Shown here: one piece after another, positions 1-11,810 of the stretch
How positions within the stretch are numbered: the first letter of the stretch is position 1
Layout: every line of letters starts with the position of its first letter
Origin: Rozella allomycis CSF55
Lineage: Eukaryota
Reading direction: 5' to 3'
Assembly: GCA_000442015.1 (NCBI GenBank)
Contig: KE561324.1
Coordinates: 62,001 to 120,124, forward strand
Length of the DNA stretch: 58,124 bases
Translations under genes and position numbers: made by a program
The notes under the pieces: generated by a model
The model's input: only the letters and a program-made list of their open reading frames with translations
What the model was told of the DNA's origin: nothing
The model's database searches: none

Positions 1-253
1 ACAAAAAGGCGTAATATGTAAATAAATATACATTTAATCCGACCCATAAAGAGGCGATTATTGATTTTGGACCTTCATTGATAAACCAAACTTGAACATC
101 ATTTTTGAAAAGCTCGAGGGCCGAAAGCTGCGGTGGTGATATTTCATCAGCATGCAATGGATTTATGTCAAGAGTCTTTGATTTCTCTACAAAACTTTGG
201 CGTCTTTCGTTGCCTATCACTGTTGACGTCAACTCTGACTCTATTGTATCCAT
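1..253 (-). CDS. NADPH oxidase (NOX2/NoxB-like), 5' part only; runs off the window
   Basis: Hand translation from ATG 253 gives ...VQVWFINEGPKSIIASLWVGLNVYLFTYYAFL, matching the NOX N-terminal W..NEG...W.GLN..LF pattern, preceded by a ~50-aa extension. Confidence 0.7.
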   Translation of the reverse strand, partial: MDTIESELTSTVIGNERRQSFVEKSKTLDINPLHADEISPPQLSALELFKNDVQVWFINEGPKSIIASLWVGLNVYLFTYYAFL

Positions 254-525
254 TGTTTACTATTTTGTTTGTCACTTGCCTTAAATAACGATATTCATTT
301 TTACTATTAATTTGTGATTTTGATGTATGACAATTATGACATTATATATAAACTATTAAGTACTAACCCTTGTGCAAAGTGTAGACTTTTTGTGCTTTGG
401 ATTACATTAAAATTTAAAGTTCTTTGTTGCAAATGTGAAGATCTGAATCCTTAAAACCGCGAACCATAGTTGAATTGGGAAATCATAGATAATCTTCTAC
501 TAAGCCCCCACAACTTTCACACTAT

Positions 526-1265
526 ATGATTCTTAATGTCGTCAGTTGGAAGAATTTTTTTAAGTCATCAATTTTATACATATATTATACAATAGCTCTT
601 TCGTTCACAGGTTACATCATCTTGACATTCTTTTCCAAGCCTTGGACATCATGGAAAACAGTCTCTAACTATTCCTTGACATCTCATGGAGCCTCCTTCA
701 TGGCTTTGCACTGGATTGGTGGGTGCGTTCTTAATATATGCATGGTGCTACAGATTCATCCTTACATAAGGACGAAATCGTTAAAGATTCATCGCAATAT
801 TGGAAAAGTTTGTTGTTTTTTTGGTTTAATCACCAGTATTTTCGGCTGTCTATATATTTTCACTGTTGGAACTGTGGGTGGTATCGAAATGGACATTGCA
901 TTTGCGTTGTACGGTTTCCTCTTCTTCTTTTTCACCGTCAAAACATATATGGCTGCCAGAAAACACAAAAGATTTGTGCATGAAATCTGGGCAGTGAGAA
1001 TGTTCGCGATGAGTGTTGGTAGTCCTCTGTATAGGTAAAATTACCCAATTTTAGTAATATCAGACTTTACATCTCACCGTTGTTTATAAAAGCTGTATCA
1101 TCGAAATTAACAAGCGTAGATAAAATTAGATATCTTAATGTTGCTGGATGGCTCATGTTTGTACCTAATTTGATCATTGCCGAGATCTATATCTATCGAC
1201 AGCTGCATAAACGTGATGACCCTAAACCTTCTTCGACATCTGATCAAGCAATCTTGGACGAATAA
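526..1265 (+). CDS. Multi-pass membrane protein, DUF2306-like
   Basis: ORFs 526-1038 and 1080-1265 are joined in frame by a GT-AG intron at 1035-1063 (29 nt). His motifs LHWIGG, IHRNIGK and HEIW..RMFA. Confidence 0.6.
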
Positions 1266-1319
1266 GCTTATAATCTATAAATATAAATCATAAAATATTT
1301 TATTGTTAAAAGTTATCTA

Positions 1320-1760
1320 TCAAACTAAATTTAATGGATTTTCGTGAAAGTGACCAACAGGCTCAACTTTGTATCGTTTCATGTCAATTAATATCAGCAT
1401 TGATATTTTCATTCGTAGTCTACTGAGGAAACTGAAGTTCAGTCTCTGCATTTTAATGGTATCACCAGTTTCTATAATGTCCAGACCGAATTCACGCCCC
1501 AGTGCGAGAACGTCACATACAAAATTGTTTTCCGCATTCAAAAAGTATTCCATTGGTATTTCCCAGGAAGTTATTTGGCTATTAGTTGCAACTTTCCAGA
1601 GGCCCTTGACAAAAGGATAAAAATAAAGTCTCTGGGAGTTTCTCCAAAAAAATAATTCAAGGTATATTTTTTTCTTGCAATTTTCTATTTCGTTTATGAG
1701 AAATTCTGTCCTTTCTTGAGCGACTTGTTGATGAAAGGCTTGGCGGTCATTATTGGCCAT
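1320..1760 (-). CDS. Hypothetical protein, 146 aa
   Basis: Uninterrupted ATG-initiated ORF filling an intergenic space; no family recognised. Confidence 0.5.
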   Translation of the reverse strand: MANNDRQAFHQQVAQERTEFLINEIENCKKKIYLELFFWRNSQRLYFYPFVKGLWKVATNSQITSWEIPMEYFLNAENNFVCDVLALGREFGLDIIETGDTIKMQRLNFSFLSRLRMKISMLILIDMKRYKVEPVGHFHENPLNLV

Positions 1761-4005
1761 GCTAGGGTATTCATTATTTTACCGAGGGATTAAAACAAGT
1801 ATTAAGAATGTTCTTAATAGATTTGAGAATCAGTTTCTATGCCACGTGACCAACATTAGGACCCTTGCCTCAGTTGGAAAAATTATGACGACTAAAGAGG
1901 AACTTTCTAGTGAGATAACAGCTGTCGGCGACAGAATCCGAAATATGAAGCTTGAAAAGGCGAGCAAAGAAGCTCTTCAACCTCATATCGATCAGCTTGT
2001 CACTTTGAAGAAAAAGCTTGACGAAATTATTGTAGCGGAATCAAAGAAAGAGTTTGATAGAACCAAACTTGAAACGGTGTTGAGAAGACGATTTTTTTAT
2101 GCTCCAGCATTTGACATTTATGGTGGTGTGTCTGGTTTGTATGATTATGGTCCTCCTGGATGTGCACTTCAAGCCAACATTCTGCAATTATGGCGTTCCC
2201 ATTTTATTTTGGAAGAGCAAATGCTTGAAGTAGATACAACTATTTTGACGCCATATGATGTGTTGCACACTAGTGGACATGTAGATAGGTTTACTGATTT
2301 AATGGTTAAAGACAAGGGCAATGGTAATTTGTATAGAGCTGATCATTTGCTTGAAAACTGGCTATCAGCTCAAATTAAGGATGTCAAGACTGATGCTAAA
2401 CTTAAAGAAGAATATTCTTATGTTATGACCCAAGTAAGTTTTCATTAAATACATTAAAAGGTGGACAATTATGATGCCAAAGAATTGGGTGATATTTTGA
2501 GAAAATACAACGTAAAGGCGCCTGAAAGTGGCAACGATATTTCTGAGCCTGAGCCATTCAATTTAATGTTCAAGACACAAATTGGACCAGCTGAACATGA
2601 TTCCAAGGGACGTGGGTAAGTATGATAAATGGAATTTATGTAGATTCATGAGACCAGAAACTGCGCAAGGTCAATTTACCAACTTTAAGAAATTGTATGA
2701 ATACAATAATGAAAGAATGCCATTTGCTTCGGCACAGATTGGAAAGAGTTTTAGAAATGAGATTTCTCCACGTGCTGGATTGTTAAGGGTCAGAGAATTT
2801 ACGATGGCTGAAATTGAGCATTATGTGCATCCAAATAAAAAGGATCATCCACGTTTCAGGGAAGTAGAAAATGTGATAATGTCATTTTTACCTGCATCTG
2901 AACAAGAAAAGGGAGTGTCTAGTACGATTGACATGACGATTGGAGAAGCCGTCCGAAGTGGCATGGTCAACAATGAGACCCTTGGATATTTTCTTGCTCG
3001 CATTAGTTTGTTTTTAATAAAGATCGGAATAAAGAAAGAAAGATTGAGATTTAGACAGCATATGAGTAATGAGATGGCGCATTATGCGAGTGATTGTTGG
3101 GATGCTGAAATCCAGTCTTCTTATGGATGGATTGAATGTGTTGGATGTGCTGATAGATCTGCTTATGATTTATCAAATCACACAAAGAGAACTGGCGAAA
3201 GATTAGTTGCGCGTGAAAAGCTTGATACGCCAATCCAAAAGAATGTGATTAAGCCACAATTCAATAAGAAGGAAATTGGTGTTAAATTTAAAAAAGATGC
3301 AAAGGTGATCGTTGATGAAATTGAAAACATGAATGAATGTGAGTTGAAAGAATTGAAGAAGAGTTTGGAAACAAATCAACGTGCCAAGGTAGCTGGATTT
3401 GAAGTCAGCAGTGATATGGTTTCCATTGTAGAAACCGTTGAAACATGTTATGGTAAAAGGCAATGATGGATGAAATGTAGTCGATGAATACATTCCTTCT
3501 GTTATTGAACCATCATTTGGTATTGGAAGAATTATGTATTCTTTATTGGAACATTCTTACTATGTTCGTGAAAATGATGAAAATCGATGCGTAAACTCGC
3601 TTGTTTATTTTAGTGTAGGTTTTGTCTTTCCCACCTGTTGTTGCCCCAGTCAAATGTCTTGTTGTGCCTTTGAGTGGCCATCCGTCATTTCCTCCATTTA
3701 TTTATGAATTGTGCCAACTTTTGAGATCCAAAGATATTTCTTTTCAAAAAGATGATTCTAGCAGCTCTGTTGGAAAACGTTACGCTAGAAATGATGAGAT
3801 TGGTATTCCATTTGGCATCACAGTTGACTTTCAAACCGTCAAGGATAAAACTGTCACTTTAAGAGAAAGAGATTCAATGTCTCAAGTTCGCATTCATATG
3901 GATCAAGTAGCAAACATCGTTGCTTCACTCGCAAACGCTACTCTCTCTTGGAACAAAGTCACTGAAACATTTCCTGCTTTTGTTGAACAAGAAATTGATA
4001 ATTAA
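1759..4005 (+). CDS. GRS1: Glycyl-tRNA synthetase (alpha2 type) with WHEP-like domain; cytosolic start probably ATG 1885, upstream in-frame ATG 1759
   Basis: Motifs [31 protein letters not shown] and [10 protein letters not shown]. Introns at 2434-2460, 2616-2643, 3453-3480 and 3591-3618. Confidence 0.95.
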
Positions 4006-4093
4006 AGCATTAAATAAACATTAATATTAAAACTAATTATGTTATACTTACACTAATTATTACATTCATTCTTTTAATTTATTATTCTAACAA

Positions 4094-5269
4094 TTAATGG
4101 CTAAAACATTCAGTAAACAACACAACTAGAAACACAAGAAAAAATATCAACAGAAATGCTACTAGATACACATATTGAAGGGGGACAACATAGTTAAGTA
4201 CTACGCTGGATACCGCCAAGTAGATCAACACAAACCACTTGATATTCTTTCTTCTCAACACTCCATACAAATTAGACAATGATGGCACAAATTCAGCTGG
4301 GGCTACATCAGGCATTGGAACTGCAGTTTGGTCAGATGGGTATAACGTAAATAAAACATAATCATTCTCTTCCACAGACATTTGTTTAAAATACTCTCTA
4401 ATTGACGATTTCATTAAAAAATCATCATCGGTTGCGAAATATTCAAGATCAAAAGTCAATGGCTCTGGATCATTCTTAACCTTGACTGGCTTGGTTGATA
4501 TTTCATCGCTATAATATGGATTCGGTCTAATGTCAATCATAGACACTGCATGGACTTTGAGGAGCGATTGTCTTTCTTCCGTAAAATTACACTGTTTTTC
4601 AATAGATCGCGATCTTGTATGTCTCTTTTCCTTTCTCATTGTCCGTGCAGGGAACAAGTCAGAGAGAGCTGAATCCTTGCTGGATTTCAGCGTGGTTCGT
4701 GACACATCTAGAAGACTCTCCCAATCTCCCGATGAAAATCTCTTGCTTTTACATTTCACTTGATTTTCTGTTCTCACACTCGACTGTATAATTTCACCCA
4801 CACTGTCATTGTACTGCATGTTCCATGCTTGTTTTGCAAGATCAGATGGTATCTTATAGTAATGCACATCCCCAACAACAGTCATGTTATTCAATGGATT
4901 CCTTGCCTTCATGCGATGCAACAATCCTTCTTCAGGCTGCGTTCGAAATAAAACCTTATTTATGTGATGGGCCTGATAGATGGAATAGAACAACTTGCCC
5001 GATTCGTCTTGCGTAGTCACCCGCGCTAGAATGAAATCCTTGTTTGCTTTAATAGCCATCTGGAACAAACTCGTAAACGTCTCAAACGTAAATATATCTT
5101 CAATAGACCCATCAACACTCTCAACCACATCTCTCGTCCCTTCAACATCCGGTGTTTTCATCAATCGAAACTTCACAGGAACAGAGCTGGGTAGCTCCTT
5201 TATCCATGGCTCAGTATCTTTTGATCTAGTTTCAATAATCTTCTCATTCGTTGGTATCGGCATATACAT
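4094..5269 (-). CDS. Uncharacterised protein with two C-terminal TM helices (DUF5092-like)
   Basis: 391-aa intronless ORF. DFILARVTT...Y.AHHINKVLFR...KARNPLNN is recalled as the DUF5092 family of microsporidia and early fungi (not verified). Confidence 0.55.
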   Translation of the reverse strand: MYMPIPTNEKIIETRSKDTEPWIKELPSSVPVKFRLMKTPDVEGTRDVVESVDGSIEDIFTFETFTSLFQMAIKANKDFILARVTTQDESGKLFYSIYQAHHINKVLFRTQPEEGLLHRMKARNPLNNMTVVGDVHYYKIPSDLAKQAWNMQYNDSVGEIIQSSVRTENQVKCKSKRFSSGDWESLLDVSRTTLKSSKDSALSDLFPARTMRKEKRHTRSRSIEKQCNFTEERQSLLKVHAVSMIDIRPNPYYSDEISTKPVKVKNDPEPLTFDLEYFATDDDFLMKSSIREYFKQMSVEENDYVLFTLYPSDQTAVPMPDVAPAEFVPSLSNLYGVLRRKNIKWFVLIYLAVSSVVLNYVVPLQYVYLVAFLLIFFLVFLVVLFTECFSH

Positions 5270-5393
5270 GCGGCGCAGTTTGTTGTGGATTTCTGAGATT
5301 CATATATTGATTAATTTAGGCATAAAAATCTATTTAAATACTATCGTGGCTAATTTTAGCAGTTTTATTTATTTTAAATATAGAACCTATCAT

Positions 5394-6552
5394 CTATGTC
5401 AACGATGCCAGAGATCTCTTAAAAGATGATCTCTTTGTATTCAGCCATTTATACACATAAAAATCAGATAATTCTACGCCTTTTCTATCACGGATAATGT
5501 CATTAAACGCTTCGGGATTTTGGCAATACCCATGGTGTCCCTTGCCAGGAATGACAAAAAAATTAGCGTCTATCTTGTGTTGATGCATCGATTCTCGGAG
5601 TTCATTAGAGACATAATTCAAGTCAATCCAATCACGCTCTCCGCAAATTATGTCGACTTTCATAGGAAGCTGGTGACTGTGATTCAGCAGTTTAGTAACA
5701 GGTGAATGCCATCTTATCCCCCTTGTCATTTCAATGAGATTCATAAAAGCACTACCCCCTGAATTTGGCAAACAGTTTGATGATGCTAGGTAATCAGCAA
5801 ACAAGTCTTCTCTAAAAGGATAGTATTTCCCTATGTTTGGCTGCATCAATCTAATAAGGCTTTTATAAAAGAAAAAAGGCGTATTAAATTGATTTTGATT
5901 CATTATTCTAATGATGAGTTTTAGAGCCATGTCACTCATTAATGATGCTTCCTGTGGGTAGGTTAAATTCCTGAAACCAATAATCTAAAATAAATGAAAT
6001 TACCAACTGGTGAAGCTAATATTAATCTGTTTATATGTGATGATCCATTTTGTAATGCATATTGAGATGCGAAATAACTTCCTAAACTATGCCCAACTAG
6101 TGAAAAGTCTTGTAAACATAGACTTGCTCTCCATTTCTCAAAAACAGAATTGTAGAAATTTATAATTCGACCATGATCCATCCCGCTAAAATCCAGTCTA
6201 CTGCTGAGACCCCACCCAATCATGTCAATACAGTACACATCAGAAAAACCTATTCAACAAATATATTATCTTTACTTTGAGCATGCAATATTGTGTTTGT
6301 CCAATTTGCTATTCCTGATCCATATCCATGAAGCATTACTAAAGGAGGTGCCCGCGGATTATTTGATTTTACCAACAAAGTATTCACATATATATCTTGA
6401 TCATCAATATTAATCTTAATCCAAAATTTCTGTCGACGGGGAAAGTAACTTAAGATTTGGTTCTCGATCATCAATGCTTTCATAAATATATTGTATTTCA
6501 CATTTGGGCCTAAATCATGGCACCTGACATAATTAAGTCGTGATAAAGTCAT
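5394..6552 (-). CDS. Alpha/beta hydrolase, ABHD4/5 (ICT1/CLD1)-like lipase/acyltransferase; start uncertain
   Basis: Motifs LVMLHGYGSG, IDMIGWGLSSR, GHSLG, GERDWI and GHH. One 26-nt GT-AG intron plus an inferred GT-TG intron at 5978-6003. Confidence 0.8.
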
Positions 6553-6635
6553 AACATGTATCCAGGATATACATTAACAAGACAAAATAATTTCATAAAT
6601 AATGATAAGGAGCTGAAAAATACACATTCTAGGAT

Positions 6636-6885
6636 TTATTTTTTTCCTGATTTTTTGATACCTCCACTTAGTAAAGGACCTCCTTTTGATGCCTTTTCTT
6701 TCAATTGTTTTAAGGCGGCTTCTTGTTCTTTCTTCTTCTTCATAAACTCTAAATCGTCCTACATTTAAGAATAAACTAGATTTTACTTCATCAAGGTCTC
6801 TTTGATCTTTTTTTGGTTTCTTTAAAGGCTTTAGCTTTCCACCTTATCTTTTCTTAGAAAAAATGTTACCTTGACGAGAAGACAT
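6636..6885 (-). CDS. TMA7: Translation machinery-associated protein 7
   Basis: After removing two introns (27 and 28 nt): MSSRQGGKLKPLKKPKK...KGGPLLSGGIKKSGKK*. Not in the ORF track. Confidence 0.92.
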
Positions 6886-6997
6886 TTTTTTCTGAAATTT
6901 CTTTTTAACAGATTTCTATTTTTAAGTTTACTTGAAAGTTATTGGTGCAAATCATGGTCTAAAACTCATTACCCCTTTCGGAGACACAAAATTTCCG

Positions 6998-7363
6998 ATG
7001 AAATACTCTTTTCTCATATTTACGTTGTTAATAATTGCCCTTAAAGCCCAAGACATCGTCGATTCTTCAGGCAATGTTGCAACAGCAGCCGCTACTAACT
7101 TTGATCCTGAAATACCTGGAAACGAAGACCTGTCAAATTTTGATATTCCAGTGGTTACTTTAGATGGGGAAGTCTTAAAAGAATATGAAAGGAAATTTGA
7201 GTTGGCACAAAAGGCGGCACAGTTACAAGTTAATAATACCAATTCTAATTCGACTTCAAATAATCAATCGAAAAATTCAAATTCAGGCGGGCCAAGAATC
7301 ATTTCCATCGATACTTTACTTTTAATACTCGGTGTTCCAGCATTCTTCTTATTGCCATTATAA
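6998..7363 (+). CDS. Small secreted, probably GPI-anchored or membrane-tethered protein
   Basis: Signal peptide MKYSFLIFTLLIIALKA, an N/S-rich spacer and a hydrophobic C-terminal tail. Confidence 0.6.
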   Translation: MKYSFLIFTLLIIALKAQDIVDSSGNVATAAATNFDPEIPGNEDLSNFDIPVVTLDGEVLKEYERKFELAQKAAQLQVNNTNSNSTSNNQSKNSNSGGPRIISIDTLLLILGVPAFFLLPL

Positions 7364-7567
7364 TATAATTAATGCTGAATAAAAATTTTTGCGCATTCAA
7401 CATTCAATAACGAATTTAACTAAATTTCTTTCACTCTCCTGTGAATTTGTTCTTAAAGACTTGTCGCTTGGCTATGAAAAGCTCTACATCTTTTCAATTA
7501 TTAATTATTAAATAATTTATTGGTTTTTGGATTCAACCATTTGTCTTCGTAAATTTCAAATATCTTT

Positions 7568-8067
7568 ATGCGCAATTTAATTCTCCTCTCACGTAAATCA
7601 ATCATTGATGCACAATTAGATTTCCGTTTTACAGTTATTAATAAGAATTCTTTTCGAAATATAAAAACATTGGGTAAAATATAACCACTTCTTATAAATT
7701 AGCGAATGAGAGTAATTTAATATTTAAAATAATATATGCTTCGTCTCGTACACATGGTTCGTATCACTGGTTGGCTGAAAGAGGGTTAAGCTTGGCCCTA
7801 TTAATTGGTTTACCTGTAGGTTTGTATACGCCCAACGTGTACACAGACTTATTGCTGGCATTTACTATTCCCGTCCATCTTCATATGGGTTTAGGGCAAG
7901 TGATTATTGATTATCTACCATCAAGAAAAATGCCGTTGATAAATAAAGCAGCACGAGGCACCTTATATGGCTCAACTGCGCTTCTATTATATGTTCTTTT
8001 AAGTTGGAATGAATATGATATTGGGGTTGGTGAAGGTATCAAGCGTATTTGGAGTGGTAAGAAATAA
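7568..8067 (+). CDS. SDH4: Succinate dehydrogenase membrane anchor (CybS/SDH4/TIM18 family)
   Basis: Motifs HGSYHWLAER and HLHMGLGQVIIDYLP. Intron 7674-7702, probable in-frame intron 7593-7619, possible GT-TG intron 7712-7738. Confidence 0.85.
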
Positions 8068-8105
8068 AATGTGTTCAAATGGTGGTTTATTTTTTTGATT
8101 TCTTT

Positions 8106-10941
8106 TCAAGCAACGTGACTTTTTCCAATGGCTCCTTTTTCGGATCTATGTACCGTCTTATCTTTTCCTGGGTGAATTTTGTTTTTTACTCCTAGGCGTT
8201 TAGCAGCCTTTACTCCAACAATAAAGCCAATAAACAAGCATATTCCAATAAAGAAGTAGCATACCCAAAGAAGGTTCATTGTTTGACTAGACAAAGAAAT
8301 CAAAAGTAATTACGCCCAGTTTACAGACAGATAGTTAAGAATTTCAACAACCACATTTGCTATACCCTTGCATTCTCCTGCATGATTTAAAATAGATATC
8401 ATTTGGTCATATAAGTTAGCAACTGAATTCTTAACGCTTAATATAACAGCATTTTTGGCAGCTACTAATGTCACATTAAGCGCAGGAGACACTTATTGTG
8501 TATATATTGCAAATGTTACCTGCGCTTACAGTTGAATTAATAGAATTCAATATCGGCAAGGTATTATTAATGAAGTTAACCAGATCCGAGAGTCTTGTAG
8601 TTATGTTTGAAACATTAGAATCAACATTGTTCAAAGTATGATTGAGTAAAACCAAGTCCGTTTGTATTGTTCCAATGTTGTTTTTCGCTGCAGGTAAAAC
8701 AATAGATGCAGAATAGTTCACCCGAATCAAGCCATAAGCTGCGTAGAAAGTAACATTAAGAGCATTATTATTGGCATCACTGGAACTTCCGGTAATTTGA
8801 GAAGCCTAACAAATCAACTGCAATATTTTACGTCAAATGTACTTCCTCCATTAATATATGTGTTAACAATATAAGTTTCCGTGAATGGAACAAAGGAGCC
8901 ATTAACACTTTGAGCAAGAGTATTAAAGCTTGTGAGATTAGATGTTATTTGAGTGGGGTCCCAACCAGATATCAAAGTTGATAATGTCAAGTTATTGGAA
9001 ACACCTGTCAATGTATCTATAGTACTCTGAATGTCGATCGGCAAAGAAACGTTGACTGAGAAGGAGCTAATCGCACTTAAATTGACATCTTATCTCAAAT
9101 AAAACATTAATTTACTAGAAATTGAGTTTAATTCTGAGAGATCTGGTAAAGTGAAACTTACAGCATTATCCACGTTAATATTTGCAAATTGGCTGTCCAA
9201 GTTTAAAAATTCAATGAATGTTTCTCCTTTTGTCTTATTTAATTGATCGATAAAAAAGTTCTGTAGACCCAAATATGCAACAAGAGTGGTTCCATTGGAT
9301 ATTACAGACGCGTTAAAGATAGATTTGCCTGACAAACAAGAGTTTAACAAAGTAGCTGGACTTATGTTCATTTGACTTGCCGGTGTCGCATTGAATAGAT
9401 TCAAATTCGGAGCTGGTCCAAGACTATATTCCTTGGTTAAAATTGATGTTCTGTTTATAGCGATTGCGTTAAACACAAAAGCCATCAAGAAGAATAAGAT
9501 AAAACATAGCCAAATGCAAAAAGAAGAGATAATCGTAATAGGTTTCATAATTTCAGCAATAACTCCTTTTTGAAACAAAACAGCTAAGGTGCCAAACGCA
9601 AAACCTAAAAACACTAAGCCTACTAAGGCAATAAATCCGATGTCCCTTTCTTTGATTGTTTTGTATCTTACCTATATGTATCATAAGGCAGAACCAAATT
9701 ATTAATCATATCCAGAGCTAACGTTTTGTAGGTTGCTATTTGAGATGTTACGGGACTAGTGGCAGTGCGCAACTGATTTCCCAATCCACTAGTCATTGAA
9801 GACAGGCCTCCACCACTACTTATAGTGTCTGTGAGATTTCTAATCGTACTGTTGAGCATAGATGGCAAACTGCTTATTGTTCCCTCATATGTATTATTCA
9901 GGGTAGTTGTTAAATTGTTAATATTTGGCAAATTGTTGATAGGAGAAGATATCGCTGAAAAGTCAACAATTGCCGAAACGTTCGGTAAAGTAAAAGCAGA
10001 TATAGTTGGTACCCCAGATACGTTATAAGTTTGGGTATCTATTGTTATCGCACGTAGATTATCAAGTAGAGTAGTGATATCCCCAGTTATATTGGTTATG
10101 TTATTTAAGGTATTAGATAAATTTTGAATTGACATTTCAATAGTATTGATTTGACTTGTAATGTTTGAGACTCTGATGTTCATATTTCCTAATACGCCGA
10201 ATATGTTGTTGACGGTGGGCCCAAGATTCTGTCGAATAATTACGCCGAAATCAGTTGCCAAAACGGCATCTGCAAGACCCGAAATTCCAGTGTTTATAAC
10301 GCTTCCTAATTGGTCAGCTGATGTGACTAAACCGTCTGTAACTGAATTAATTTGATTTGTAGTGTCTTGAATTATCAATGAAGCGTCGCTCAAATTTGTA
10401 GTGAATTGCTTGCTGCCAATCAAAATGAAAGAGCCAAAGAAACTAATAATCTTATTAATAAAATATTACAAGACAACTCCAGACAGAATCAAAAGTAATA
10501 TACTCACTGATGCAACTTGATATGTTGTGTAACCACCCTTCCTTGGTTTCCTTCCTCCACAAGAGTTGCAACAACAACGGCAACAGCAAAACAATAGGCC
10601 AATTATGGGCATCATAATCATCATAATTACACCAAAAGCAAACAAAATTCCAAAACCCTAAACTACATCGATATGTGCTGCGTTACCAAGAAGTTTTTGG
10701 TGGCAAACGATATTGGGTCAGCAGTAATGATGGACATTATAGTTGTAATATCTTCAATACCCATTCCCGGTGCCAACAAAGACTGAATTTGCTGCCCGAA
10801 ATTGCTTAAAAAGGAACCCGCCGTGACCACAACATTAGAGTCGATCTTGGATTGTAAAAGTTGAGGTAGATTTGCGGAAACTGCGCATGAGAACAATATG
10901 ACTATTGTGAATGCAAATTTCCCATAGTCCTCGACGATCAT
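8106..10941 (-). CDS. Prominin-like 5-TM glycoprotein
   Basis: Seven introns of 26-29 nt join a signal peptide, TM1 followed by MPIIGLLFCCCRCCCNSCGG, two large N-glycosylatable loops, and a final N..W...VK.AK TM segment. Confidence 0.7.
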
Positions 10942-11185
10942 AATAACTCAATTCCTTGGTTACGTTCGGCTAATAAATGCTTGGATGTTAAATCAGTTTT
11001 AACAGATCCAGTTTCATAAATCACTCATTTTACAGTTTTTAAGCTTTGAAAGCACTAAATTAATCTAACACTGGCGATAATTATGAATAAAGGACAACTT
11101 AAACAATCTATGGACTGGAATCAGAATGAAAAATATCAACGTAAAATATTTAAAGTTAAATATGAAAACTAATGATTTGGTTTTA

Positions 11186-11593
11186 TTAAAATTTAATGGC
11201 TTCACCCTGAAATAAATAAATGGAGAATTTAGTACCTTAACTTTCTTCTCTCCACCAAGTTCAAAGTGTTTGCATCTCTTTAAAGCGATTTGATGCTTAT
11301 GTTTGCAGGAAGTACATTCTAAACGTAAAACAACTTTCTTGGTAGTTTTAGCCTAAATATTTTTAAACAAGCAAATCTACTTTTTTGTGAAACACGGGTT
11401 TTGTTTGACCACCATAACCAGCTTGTTTTCTGTCGTAACGACGTTTTCCCTGTGCGAAAAGAGAAGCCTTACCGGTCTTGTACTGGGTGACCTTGTGGAG
11501 AGTGTGCTTGCGGCATTTTGTTCCTTTGCAAAAGGTGTTGCGAGATTTTGGAACGTTCACCTAAACATATAGATAACTAGTATTTGGTACCAT
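11186..11593 (-). CDS. RPL44: 60S ribosomal protein eL42 (L44/L36a)
   Basis: [14 protein letters not shown]...[25 protein letters not shown]. Introns at 11561-11590, 11353-11380 and 11207-11235. Confidence 0.97.
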
Positions 11594-11810
11594 TTACGAT
11601 TTTTGGGTTAACCAGGGTGAAAAAAACCTAATATGAAATTTCGCAAAAAGTAGTATAAAAAATTCTACTGATCCTGATATTCCATTGTGAATTTTAATAA
11701 ATTATTTATCCATTTTTTATTGACGCGTTCATTAAAACGATTCTGAAGGTCAATTCTTTGGATCATAAAATTCGGATTTCCGTTGAGACCCCTGCAAAAA
11801 ATTTTTCAAA

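Noticed and set aside
2434-3618. Apparent frameshifts or in-frame stops suggesting pseudogenes, recoding or an alternative genetic code
   Set aside because: All are explained by 27-28 nt GT-AG introns under the standard code.
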